In this document: positions 42,501-50,285 of the stretch, in pieces | Layout: each line of letters opens with the position of its first letter | Numbering within the stretch: position 1 is the first letter of the stretch | Assembly (NCBI GenBank): GCA_048885925.1 | Contig: JBHLLG010000001.1 | Coordinates: 131,105-195,104 of the forward strand | DNA length: 64,000 nucleotides | Direction: 5' to 3' | DNA from: Candidatus Hermodarchaeota archaeon | GTDB lineage: Archaea; Asgardarchaeota; Lokiarchaeia; Sigyniarchaeales; SOKP01 | Notes under the pieces: generated by a model | Seen by the model: only the letters and a program-made list of their open reading frames with translations | What the model was told of the DNA's origin: nothing | Databases searched by the model: none | Program-made: the position numbers and the translations under genes

Positions 42501-42812
42501 CGTGAATTGTCTGATGCCAATCTAGATGAAGATGATCTTGGAAAAAAGCCCTCATCTCATGTTAAGTTGAAGATAAAGGAAAGTGGTATAAAAACTGGTT
42601 TATCGGTTGAAGAACAAAGAGAACTAGAGAAATTGGAATATGAACTTAAAATAGAAGAACAAAAATTTATCTGTGTTGTCCATAAAGGACAAATTGTAGG
42701 GACCGTATATATTTGCCCAAATTGTAGAACTTGTTATTGTTTAACGTGCGCTTACTCTTTAAAAGCAAATGGAGAAAAATGCTGGACATGTAATAATGAA
42801 ATAAAACCATAA
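39600..42812 (+). CDS. Fifth paralog: same TPR/SNAP-like solenoid with a C-terminal RING-like zinc finger instead of the nitrilase
   Basis: Shares ARIEDRLGNH, YLCRAWESME, GADWALATSSYFDA and GITAPACPLETS; ends CVVH-x10-CPNC-x4-CLTC-x10-CWTC. Confidence 0.86.
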   Translation: MKGEREETLLEIARNEEKNYNLEKAAKLYEEAAESFLNRNLMEKAAKAFSQLGGVYSKALETAISSETFFSTCKNGIKAFEMAKKLYKRIESKPNILECEANTFYINGLISGSIAEVKENFNKSYEIFLESSKFFEEEGNKEATARTLSNVLEILLFNVFNCEHSLEGKEILEKSSKLEEKSWNFSKEIKAIEYLGLGFHLGTTTNLWRILSTNFQRDDRLYKYIKNIFLKFEELSELARNWDDPRVLGMVYYAGGNAYCAYATHYAKDEKEQGVYIDKGIDLLEQSLIFNDRAKNSLMKIVTIFFINWWAYFNRRLKYVQKRIFKDVNEILKLGKAYEDSPTFIYFLANLLPAFYYANISQMTMFTTRQRISYAKKGVEYAKKALKFFEVLPISIWSLLMLIYSYSQLIVLTSSREEQEEYSKEILNCAKKAKIIGEKFEGGLARGFSYNSLYRAYKTLADVTDDKESKLKMLLTAAKASKDYMMHTWESTTGNLTMQLRLGLLYEEISIIANNSEYLEQSKELFIQVVEESIKQGYFYYAAAANEYIARIEDRLGNHSASADYYEKTFETHKDSLKYVMYKPLILRINEKINYAYAWSLIERSKTFHKRENHLQAKKFYEKAYDILNNLSRYKYEADYYSAWILLEEAEHFSKQEMHEIATEKYELTIKAFENATESLNKALKESKNKRKNERIGKLIKLAEVRIKHCLARINVEKARILSKQGEYNAAAEHFALAAAEFREVCNSFTVEKEREELEAGYYLCRAWESMEFAEYYKDSNRFAEASALFIKAKNLFSSNIMKSLASGNSAFCQALEIGCKFDELTAAKNKAELYPKIKVMLRNAASSYRKGGFENGADWALATSSYFDAAWYLIRADEELRLEEKKKLLDIGSEFLSSASNLFGKAGYKEKEQEVFKQLEMVKKEESIIISALNAIKKPSVSGSTIGITAPACPLETSLSTNLSEIRELSDANLDEDDLGKKPSSHVKLKIKESGIKTGLSVEEQRELEKLEYELKIEEQKFICVVHKGQIVGTVYICPNCRTCYCLTCAYSLKANGEKCWTCNNEIKP

Positions 42813-42845
42813 ATTTGTGATTATATAATTTAACTATTTTATTTG

Positions 42846-43736
42846 TTAAATAAAAGCAGCCATATCTTTGCATTTCTCAGCGATTCTTATCATATTCTTT
42901 ATCTTATCTTTATCTTCATAATCTAACTTAATCAATAAAGAATTTGCTTCTTCTACTAATTTATCTTTTCTTAACCAAGCTTTGTGTGCTAGGACAAGAT
43001 CTTTTTTTAAGTAAGCATTCATAATATTATTGAAATATTGATTGATCTCTAAGAAGAATTCTTTAACATTCTCATTAACTTGTAAATCTCTTAAAATTTT
43101 ACCAATCTCCTCTATTTTTTCACAAAACATTCTATAGTCCATAGCTTCAAGTGGCGTAAAATCTGTATCTTCTGAAACATACATCCCAGTTCTCAGATAT
43201 GTTCTGATATGTGTTACCAATATAAAGTAAAATTTTCTTAACTGATCAAAATTATATTTCAAATCATCAACTCGGTCTGCTATTACATTTTCCAACATAT
43301 CAGCAACTAAATATAATAGGCGTTGAATAAGTTTCTTTGTAGGGATATTTTTATAACCAAAATTTTGTATTACTAGTCTTTGTCGTTGATCTTCAATTAT
43401 TTCTGTATTCGGAAGTCCATTCACTAACCATCTTATTTCACCTCTCAGATCGTTATCAATCTCTTTATCTGAGATTACAACTATATTGGTTTGACCTGAC
43501 AGACAGTTTTTTACAATTTCTCTTGCAATAAATGGACTTGAATGAAGTATTAGTTCTTCACTCGGATTTATATCCTCTTGCTCATGTTTCGGTGAGATAT
43601 TTAATGAACCATCATGACGAATGGTTATTGCTACGGGTGATTTGGGACTTAATTTAAAATTTTCAATCCACTTTTTAGGTAAACTCACAAAGAACGAGCC
43701 ACTTATTTTTTGTAATTTTCTAAAAATTGTATCCAT
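42846..43736 (-). CDS. Archaeal phosphate-uptake regulator family protein (AbrB-like N-terminus, PhoU-like helical domains)
   Basis: RKLQKISGSFFVSLPKKW..DGSLNISP AbrB/SpoVT motif; helical C-terminus ending RIAEKCKDMA. Confidence 0.8.
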   Translation of the reverse strand: MDTIFRKLQKISGSFFVSLPKKWIENFKLSPKSPVAITIRHDGSLNISPKHEQEDINPSEELILHSSPFIAREIVKNCLSGQTNIVVISDKEIDNDLRGEIRWLVNGLPNTEIIEDQRQRLVIQNFGYKNIPTKKLIQRLLYLVADMLENVIADRVDDLKYNFDQLRKFYFILVTHIRTYLRTGMYVSEDTDFTPLEAMDYRMFCEKIEEIGKILRDLQVNENVKEFFLEINQYFNNIMNAYLKKDLVLAHKAWLRKDKLVEEANSLLIKLDYEDKDKIKNMIRIAEKCKDMAAFI

Positions 43737-43871
43737 AAGTTATTATTGGACGAATTTTTATTTAAATTTGTTTAAACTTTTTTTTCTTCCTTTAATTTTT
43801 TATACACAACATTAATTAATTGTTTAAATAATTTATTATTTAAAAAATATAAAATGATGGAGGAAAGAAAT

Positions 43872-44027
43872 ATGAAAACAAGTAGAAAAGAAATGGAAGT
43901 AATATTGAAAGAGATTTTTGACGAAACAAAGCATTCTGAATCTAAATTTTCGATTTCCCCATTCGGAAGTCGAGGAAAAAAATATTTATATTTATATAAG
44001 ATACAAAAAAATAATGGAGGTATATAA
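43872..44027 (+). CDS. Possible 51-aa small protein (MKTSRKEMEVILKEIFDETK...), below the ORF-track cutoff
   Basis: ATG at 43872 preceded by GGAGG; stop lies 2 nt before the next ATG. Confidence 0.4.
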   Translation: MKTSRKEMEVILKEIFDETKHSESKFSISPFGSRGKKYLYLYKIQKNNGGI

Positions 44028-44029
44028 AA

Positions 44030-44293
44030 ATGGCAACAGTAGAAGAAAATATAGTTTTAACTTTAAAAGAATTTGTTAAGTTTAGACTAATAGAAGAAGT
44101 TAAAGAAAAATTAGATAAAATTGTAGAGGAAGTTAAAGAAAATTTAGAAAAAGAAATTGAGACAATTGTTATAAAAAAAGAATCTCTTGATCCAATAGAT
44201 AAAGAGCGAGAAGAAAGAAGATGGAAGAAATCAATGAACTATTATCAATTAAATCCACGAAAATTCACTTTTGGATTAAAAGATTTAAATTAG
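44030..44293 (+). CDS. Hypothetical small helical protein
   Basis: GGAGGT Shine-Dalgarno upstream; E/K-rich amphipathic sequence. Confidence 0.65.
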   Translation: MATVEENIVLTLKEFVKFRLIEEVKEKLDKIVEEVKENLEKEIETIVIKKESLDPIDKEREERRWKKSMNYYQLNPRKFTFGLKDLN

Positions 44294-44458
44294 AATTAGC
44301 TCAAAGGATTTTTTTGCTCATTTTTTAAATTTTATTTATTATTTTTATTGATTATTATATTTATTCCAGTGATATTCAAGAATAATCTTCTGAAAAATCT
44401 TAAATTTATTAGATAATATAAGAATTTAACTAATAAAATCGAATTTTCCTCGAGTTGA

Positions 44459-45280
44459 GTTGAAATTTCAAAAGGCTTTAAGCTTCTTCGTCTAGAATAT
44501 ATTTTTTCTGTATTAATTCCTTGCTTATTATGTATATATTTGAATGGGTATGACATAGTTTCCCAAATTTGGATATTATCCGGTTTTGTTTTTTATGCAA
44601 TAACGGGAAACACACTAAATGATGTAATTGATATGACAGATCCAAATGAGAAAGAAACTTTAGAAAGAGTAAAAGGTTACAGTAGAAAAGAAATAGCAGT
44701 TCTTGCAATTGCAAGCTTTTTGCTAGGAACCATGTGCTTCATAAATGACATTTTAGTGAGACCCATTTTAGGTGTGTATTTGATAATTATAGTAATTATG
44801 GTGATTTTCTATTGCCTTTTCAAAAAGCTGGTTATTATCAATCATATAATTTTGGGAGTCTCTCATATAATTATGCCATATTTTATGATAAAAATTAATG
44901 CTGAAGATGTTTATATGAAAATTTTGCCTAACATTGAATTAAACGAATCTCTGATTCTAGCAGCTATAACTGCTGTGGCATTTACGGGTCAGATGGTTCA
45001 TGAAATGATTGATGGAGATTCTTTGGCTAAATTAGAACCAAGAAAATCTCAATTAGTAATTTGGATTGCTTGTATAATTTCATTGCTTATTGCTATAATT
45101 TCATTTATTATTACGAGATATTGGGTGTTTATACCGATTGTATTTTTCCCTATTGGAATTATGTATATTTATAGAAAACCAAAAACTAATTTATTAGGAA
45201 GGAGATCACTCAAAGATACTGGAATTTTGCTAGGAAACCTTATGTTAGCTTATTTGTTAATATTAATTATTGCTCCATAA
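44459..45280 (+). CDS. UbiA-family prenyltransferase; start uncertain because the open frame extends upstream of the TTG at 44540
   Basis: NTLNDVIDMTD first Asp-rich motif, HEMIDGD second motif, multiple TM segments; in-frame upstream KLLRLEY matches the UbiA N-terminal LxR motif. Confidence 0.75.
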   Translation, partial: VEISKGFKLLRLEYIFSVLIPCLLCIYLNGYDIVSQIWILSGFVFYAITGNTLNDVIDMTDPNEKETLERVKGYSRKEIAVLAIASFLLGTMCFINDILVRPILGVYLIIIVIMVIFYCLFKKLVIINHIILGVSHIIMPYFMIKINAEDVYMKILPNIELNESLILAAITAVAFTGQMVHEMIDGDSLAKLEPRKSQLVIWIACIISLLIAIISFIITRYWVFIPIVFFPIGIMYIYRKPKTNLLGRRSLKDTGILLGNLMLAYLLILIIAP

Positions 45281-45340
45281 AAATAAATTGAAGATTTTTT
45301 GTAAATAAAAGATATTAAAAAAATTTAACCTTGATATTAG

Positions 45341-46384
45341 ATGAATTCAAATTTCATAAAGAAAGCTAAGTACCAGATAAAAATTGATGATAATTCCTCT
45401 CAATGTTTAACTTGTGAGAGAAAATGTAAAATTTTAAAAGGAAAATCAGGATTTTGTAAAACTCGGATAAATAAAGATGGTAAAATTTATTCAATTGTTT
45501 ATGGATTGATTCCTGCGTTATCTTTTAATCCGATAGAAAAAAAACCTTTGTACCACTTTTATCCTGGTAGTATAGCAATAACTATAGGAACTTATGGCTG
45601 TAATTTTTCTTGCTTTTGGTGTCAAAATTATCACTTATCAAAAACAGATCCTTCAAATGCATATCAATTTGCGACCTCTGATGAATATATCTCTCCTGAA
45701 AAGCTTATTGAAATTGCCATAAAGAGAAAATGTAAGGGAACTTCAATATCGTTTAATGAGCCTACCTTGTTGTATGAGTATTCATTAGAAGTTTTTAAGT
45801 TAGCTAAAAAAAATGGTTTATACAACACATATGTTACCAATGGATATATGACAGAGGATGTTTTAAGAGACTTAGTAGAAGCAGGTCTTGATGCTATGAA
45901 CATAGATATAAAAGGCGATTCTAATATGGTTCAAAAATATTGCGGGACAGATGTAGAATTTGTTTGGAGGAATGCAAAGTTAGCTAAGGATTTAGGTGTT
46001 CATATTGAAATTACAACCTTATTAATACAAGGATTAAATTCCACTGATAATATTGTTAGGAAACTTACTGAAAGAATAGTCAATGAACTAGGCATTTTTA
46101 CTCCATATCATATAAGTCGTTTCTTTCCTCATTATAAATCAAAGAATTATGGATTATTAGAACCAACCCCTTTAGATCTTTTATATAATGCTTATAATAT
46201 TGCAAAGGATGTTGGTTTGAAATATGTGTATCTTGGAAATATACACAATACTGATTATGATAATACTTATTGTCCAAATTGTTCTAATTTAGTCATAAAA
46301 AGAAAAATTTTAGGAATTGAAGATTTATATTTGGACTCTGAAGGAAAATGTAATTATTGTGGATTTCCAATCTCCATAATTTAA
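45341..46384 (+). CDS. amrS: AmmeMemoRadiSam system radical SAM enzyme
   Basis: N-terminal CLTCERKC..GFC, PIEKKPLYHFYPG, GCNFSCFWCQN, FNEP, YVYLGN, C-terminal CPNC..CNYC. Confidence 0.92.
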   Translation: MNSNFIKKAKYQIKIDDNSSQCLTCERKCKILKGKSGFCKTRINKDGKIYSIVYGLIPALSFNPIEKKPLYHFYPGSIAITIGTYGCNFSCFWCQNYHLSKTDPSNAYQFATSDEYISPEKLIEIAIKRKCKGTSISFNEPTLLYEYSLEVFKLAKKNGLYNTYVTNGYMTEDVLRDLVEAGLDAMNIDIKGDSNMVQKYCGTDVEFVWRNAKLAKDLGVHIEITTLLIQGLNSTDNIVRKLTERIVNELGIFTPYHISRFFPHYKSKNYGLLEPTPLDLLYNAYNIAKDVGLKYVYLGNIHNTDYDNTYCPNCSNLVIKRKILGIEDLYLDSEGKCNYCGFPISII

Positions 46385-46498
46385 TGTTTTTCTAGACTTT
46401 TCTTTCACTAATCTAATTATGAGGTACTTTATAAATAGCAATTTGAAATTATTTTTAGAAAAGCAAAAATTCAAAATTCATTTTTTACGGTTTAAAAA

Positions 46499-47602
46499 AT
46501 GGCGAAAAAAAATTTATCCAATAAATCATCAACTTCAAAATCGCCTTTAAAAGAGTCTACCCCGAAGAATACAACAACAAATAAACCCGTATCTAAGAAG
46601 ACAGTTCAAAAAACAAAAAAGCCTATGGATAACCTGGCAATATTGCAGAATTCACCTTATTTAAAACAACCTGAACAGACTCAAGCAATTAAAAAAAAAA
46701 GTACATTAAAGGAACTTTTTGAGAGGAGATTACTATCTCAAAAAGAAGAAAAGATGGAAATTGTATTATCTGGTCAATACCAAGAGGCCCTCGATTTAAT
46801 TTATGAAGCAGATGCCTCAAATTTGTATCCCATTTTAGTAGGACCTCCAGGAATTGGTAAAACAACTTTATGTAGGTATTATGCGCAATCAAGAGCTGAA
46901 ATTACTGGAAATGACTCATTCGAGTGGATTACTTTTGATGAATCAACTAAACCAGCTCACTTAGTTGGGTCTTTTGACCCTGCAACTACGATACAGAAAG
47001 GCTTTTCTTTCGAAGCTTTTAATCCTGGTCCTTTAATAAAAGCAATGTTAAATGGTGGATTATTTCTTGCGAATGAGGTGAATCGTGCTACTGAATATAC
47101 CCAAAATTCTCTTCTAGAACCACTAGAAGAGAGAACTCTTTCAATTCCTCATATAGGAAGAATAAAGGCATCACATGGATTTTTTTTTATAGGAGCAATG
47201 AATCCTTCAGAATTAGTAGGAACACATAGATTAGGGGAAGCATTAAAGGATCGATTTAATGTTTGGATTGAACTAGATTATCCAGATAAGAAGACAGAGA
47301 TGAAAATAATTGAACATAACAATCCATATTACAAAGTTGATGAGAGTACACTTGAAAAGATCTATCTTATAATAAATCGAACTCGAACTCACCATCAAAT
47401 TCAAACACCAGCAAGTTTGAGAAGTGGAATTGCCTTAGCACGTCTTACAGGTATAGAACAAAAAAAAACAAAAAATGAACCGAATAAAATTCTACGAGAT
47501 ATAGCAGGTAAAGTATTATTTGGAGCAATACAAACAAAACCGGGAGTTAAAGTAAATGATGTAGTTAACAATATAATCTCTCAAGTAGTTGGCTCTACAT
47601 GA
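46499..47602 (+). CDS. MoxR-family AAA+ ATPase with variant Walker B
   Basis: Walker A GPPGIGKT; GPL..GGLFLANEVNR; QNSLL; GAMNP; EALKDRF; low-complexity K/S/T N-terminal tail. Confidence 0.9.
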   Translation: MAKKNLSNKSSTSKSPLKESTPKNTTTNKPVSKKTVQKTKKPMDNLAILQNSPYLKQPEQTQAIKKKSTLKELFERRLLSQKEEKMEIVLSGQYQEALDLIYEADASNLYPILVGPPGIGKTTLCRYYAQSRAEITGNDSFEWITFDESTKPAHLVGSFDPATTIQKGFSFEAFNPGPLIKAMLNGGLFLANEVNRATEYTQNSLLEPLEERTLSIPHIGRIKASHGFFFIGAMNPSELVGTHRLGEALKDRFNVWIELDYPDKKTEMKIIEHNNPYYKVDESTLEKIYLIINRTRTHHQIQTPASLRSGIALARLTGIEQKKTKNEPNKILRDIAGKVLFGAIQTKPGVKVNDVVNNIISQVVGST

Positions 47603-47638
47603 AATAGAATAAAAATTGAAATATTTAAGGTAAATAAA

Positions 47639-50260
47639 TTGATTTTTCCCGAGGACCCAATTTGGTTTTCTCTTAAACTCATAACTGCATTAAGAAAGCA
47701 TGAAAAATGTGTTTATAAACCCTCAATTAGGCAAGCAATTGCTATCTGCAAATTGATATTAGCTCGATTTTTAAATAGAGGTATGTGTGAAGCTGAAGAC
47801 TTTATAGAAATTGCTGTAGTTTCAAGTCCTTTAGAAAATCAAGATTTAGCACGAAAAATTGCCAAAGAATTATTAACATATTCAGAATCTTCTGAACTAA
47901 AAACATCAAGAGATTTAAATGAATCTGATATCCTAAGTTCAATGAAAGCAAAAGACATGGTTGACGAGTTAGGAATTGATTTAGATGAATTAGATGAGAT
48001 TTATGATGATTTAGAATTCCTAAGGAATAATTTTAATGAAATAGAGAATCTAGATTTGGATTCGTTGATCGAATCTACATTTGATAACTTTTTTGATAAA
48101 TTTAGAAATGAACTTCAAGAAGATCCGTACAAAACTGCGTTAGATGTAATTGAGAGGAATGCAATTGCAAATTATGATAAATTTAAAGATTTGGAATCGT
48201 TTTTAGATTACGCGAAAGATCTTTTAAGGAAAAAGTTTGACCATTTAGAACCGGAAGATATTCCTTTCGCTGAAAAATTAGGAATATTAGAAGATATCAT
48301 TAAAAATTCTAATTTAGCTAGAGAAAGAATTCTTTCTCAACTTATAAAGGAACAAACTGCGGGAAAAAACACTAATTCAAAACTAAAACACCAAAATAAA
48401 AATACAGGAAATTTAGACTTAGCTTTAGCCTTTAAAGATACTTTTCAAAATAATTTTTATGACGCACTAAATATGGCTGAATTTGCACTAAAGACAAAAG
48501 CTTTAAGTGTTAATAATCAAAATGCTCTAAAAAGTCTAATAAAACAAGGTTTATGTCAGTCAAATATCAATTTAGGTCATCTATTAAATTCAACTAAAAT
48601 AGTAGGCTCAAATTTAGGATTAGACAAACAAGAATTAAATAAAATCGTCAGTAATAGCTTAAATTTACCATTCAAAGATACATATCAATATGTTAAAGAA
48701 TATGACCAATATTTTGGGGGGAATTTATGTGAAGAATATTTAGGAAAGATTAATACTGATTTCGATAATATAACTAATCAATCTAATTTGGGAGATATAA
48801 GAAATCATTTAATTAGGAATCCTACGAAGACCCCTTCATGGCGAAAATTATTGTCCAATGTAATTGATAAAGAAATCCAATCAATTAAAAAGGATTTTAA
48901 TCAGAATGATGTACTAAATGCCCAAATGAAGAATCTTACAGATATATTGATCGCTCAGAAGGATAATTGTACAGATTTTGTATGTAGATCTCAATTTAAT
49001 AATAAAATTCAAGATATTGTAAATCAAACTACAGAATTAGCAGTAAGTAAAGAAAATTTGAGAAATTATGTAAAAAATTTTAACGAAATGGGCTTTTTGC
49101 CACATTTAGATTCAATAAAAAAAGCGGGAAAAAGATTAAATATGACTGAAGCGGAGATTCTTAGCTTAGTCGAAGCAGACTTCAAATATTTTAAACAAAT
49201 GGTTGAAGAAAGAAGTACCAATTATCAAGGTTATAGAGATTACCTAAAACAATTGAAGCTTTCTCCTCAACAAGTTGATCAAGTTGTAAGATCCGCTTTA
49301 GGAAATCTCCCTCCACAAACTACAAATTTAGAAGCATTAAGTGCGTTAAATGAAAGATTTATGTCCCAAGTTTTAAATACTGCTGAGCAAATGGGGGATC
49401 AAGCTCTTGATATGGCTTTTTCTTCTTTGGGAGCTGGAAGTGGATTAGATCTACTTGAACAATGGTTTTTTTCAAGACATAACATATCAGTGAAAGTTAA
49501 AAGAAAACTGAAAGAAATAATAAAACACATCATGATCGATTTAGGTATTAGATCTGCAAATTCACTTATTGGGTCAGCAAATTCGGGTCCGATTGTAGAA
49601 AATATTGTAATACCTTATACACCGGGTGATGATTTTGAGTTAATAGATTTAGAAGAGACAGTAAGTAACCTTTTAGAGGGAGGAAAAACTGTAGAAACGA
49701 TTACAAATGATGATTTTCTAGTCTCAAAAACAACACAAGGCCTTCGTTGTCTTGTAATGGAATTAGATATAAGTGGCAGTATGACAGGACATAAATTATC
49801 CCAAATGGCACTTTGTGCAACTATGCTTGTCTATGCTTTCAAACCAGAAGAATTATCTCTTACATTCTTCGAATCAAATACTCATAGAATTAAGGATTTG
49901 GATCAGGAAATTGAATTGGAGAAAGTTGTTGATGAGCTGCTAGATATTACTGCAAGAGGCGGAACTTGCATTAATTCTGCTCTTAAGTGGGCAAATCATC
50001 AATTTGAAAAAAAGGCAAGGTCAAAGCACAAGTTGAATATTCTTTTTACAGATGCAGATGTATTTGACTTTAAAAATAGTATGCTGGAACTAAAAAAAGT
50101 GAGTGAAAAAGATGTGAAATTTGTAATGGTTGTTCCGAAATTTGGATTTTCTCCTGTTATGGCAAAAAAAATGGTAGATGAAGCAAATGGAGTACTTTTA
50201 ACCTTAAATCAGTGGAGAGATTTTCCAAAATTGATCTCTGAAATTATTACTAACCAATAA
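47639..50260 (+). CDS. VWA-domain protein with N-terminal AAA-lid-like segment and long helical middle
   Basis: MIDAS DISGS, GGT, FTDA; pre-VWA motif YTPGDD..IDLEETV; N-terminal KPSIRQAIA. Confidence 0.87.
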   Translation: MIFPEDPIWFSLKLITALRKHEKCVYKPSIRQAIAICKLILARFLNRGMCEAEDFIEIAVVSSPLENQDLARKIAKELLTYSESSELKTSRDLNESDILSSMKAKDMVDELGIDLDELDEIYDDLEFLRNNFNEIENLDLDSLIESTFDNFFDKFRNELQEDPYKTALDVIERNAIANYDKFKDLESFLDYAKDLLRKKFDHLEPEDIPFAEKLGILEDIIKNSNLARERILSQLIKEQTAGKNTNSKLKHQNKNTGNLDLALAFKDTFQNNFYDALNMAEFALKTKALSVNNQNALKSLIKQGLCQSNINLGHLLNSTKIVGSNLGLDKQELNKIVSNSLNLPFKDTYQYVKEYDQYFGGNLCEEYLGKINTDFDNITNQSNLGDIRNHLIRNPTKTPSWRKLLSNVIDKEIQSIKKDFNQNDVLNAQMKNLTDILIAQKDNCTDFVCRSQFNNKIQDIVNQTTELAVSKENLRNYVKNFNEMGFLPHLDSIKKAGKRLNMTEAEILSLVEADFKYFKQMVEERSTNYQGYRDYLKQLKLSPQQVDQVVRSALGNLPPQTTNLEALSALNERFMSQVLNTAEQMGDQALDMAFSSLGAGSGLDLLEQWFFSRHNISVKVKRKLKEIIKHIMIDLGIRSANSLIGSANSGPIVENIVIPYTPGDDFELIDLEETVSNLLEGGKTVETITNDDFLVSKTTQGLRCLVMELDISGSMTGHKLSQMALCATMLVYAFKPEELSLTFFESNTHRIKDLDQEIELEKVVDELLDITARGGTCINSALKWANHQFEKKARSKHKLNILFTDADVFDFKNSMLELKKVSEKDVKFVMVVPKFGFSPVMAKKMVDEANGVLLTLNQWRDFPKLISEIITNQ

Positions 50261-50285
50261 TATCTTCATTTTGTAAACTAAGCAG

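Noticed and set aside
23684-42812. Array as an assembly artefact, NLR/STAND (Avs) system or CHAT/caspase-TPR system
   Set aside because: The copies differ widely at DNA and protein level, so they are real paralogs. I saw no Walker A/B motifs and no caspase His-Cys dyad.
23684-42812. True alpha-SNAP orthologs (vesicle fusion)
   Set aside because: Only generic 'AAELF..AA..F' helical repeats resemble SNAP; size and fusions differ, and no NSF or SNARE genes are nearby.
45341-46384. Complete AmmeMemoRadiSam system
   Set aside because: Only the radical SAM gene is here; no AMMECR1 or Memo partner is in the window.
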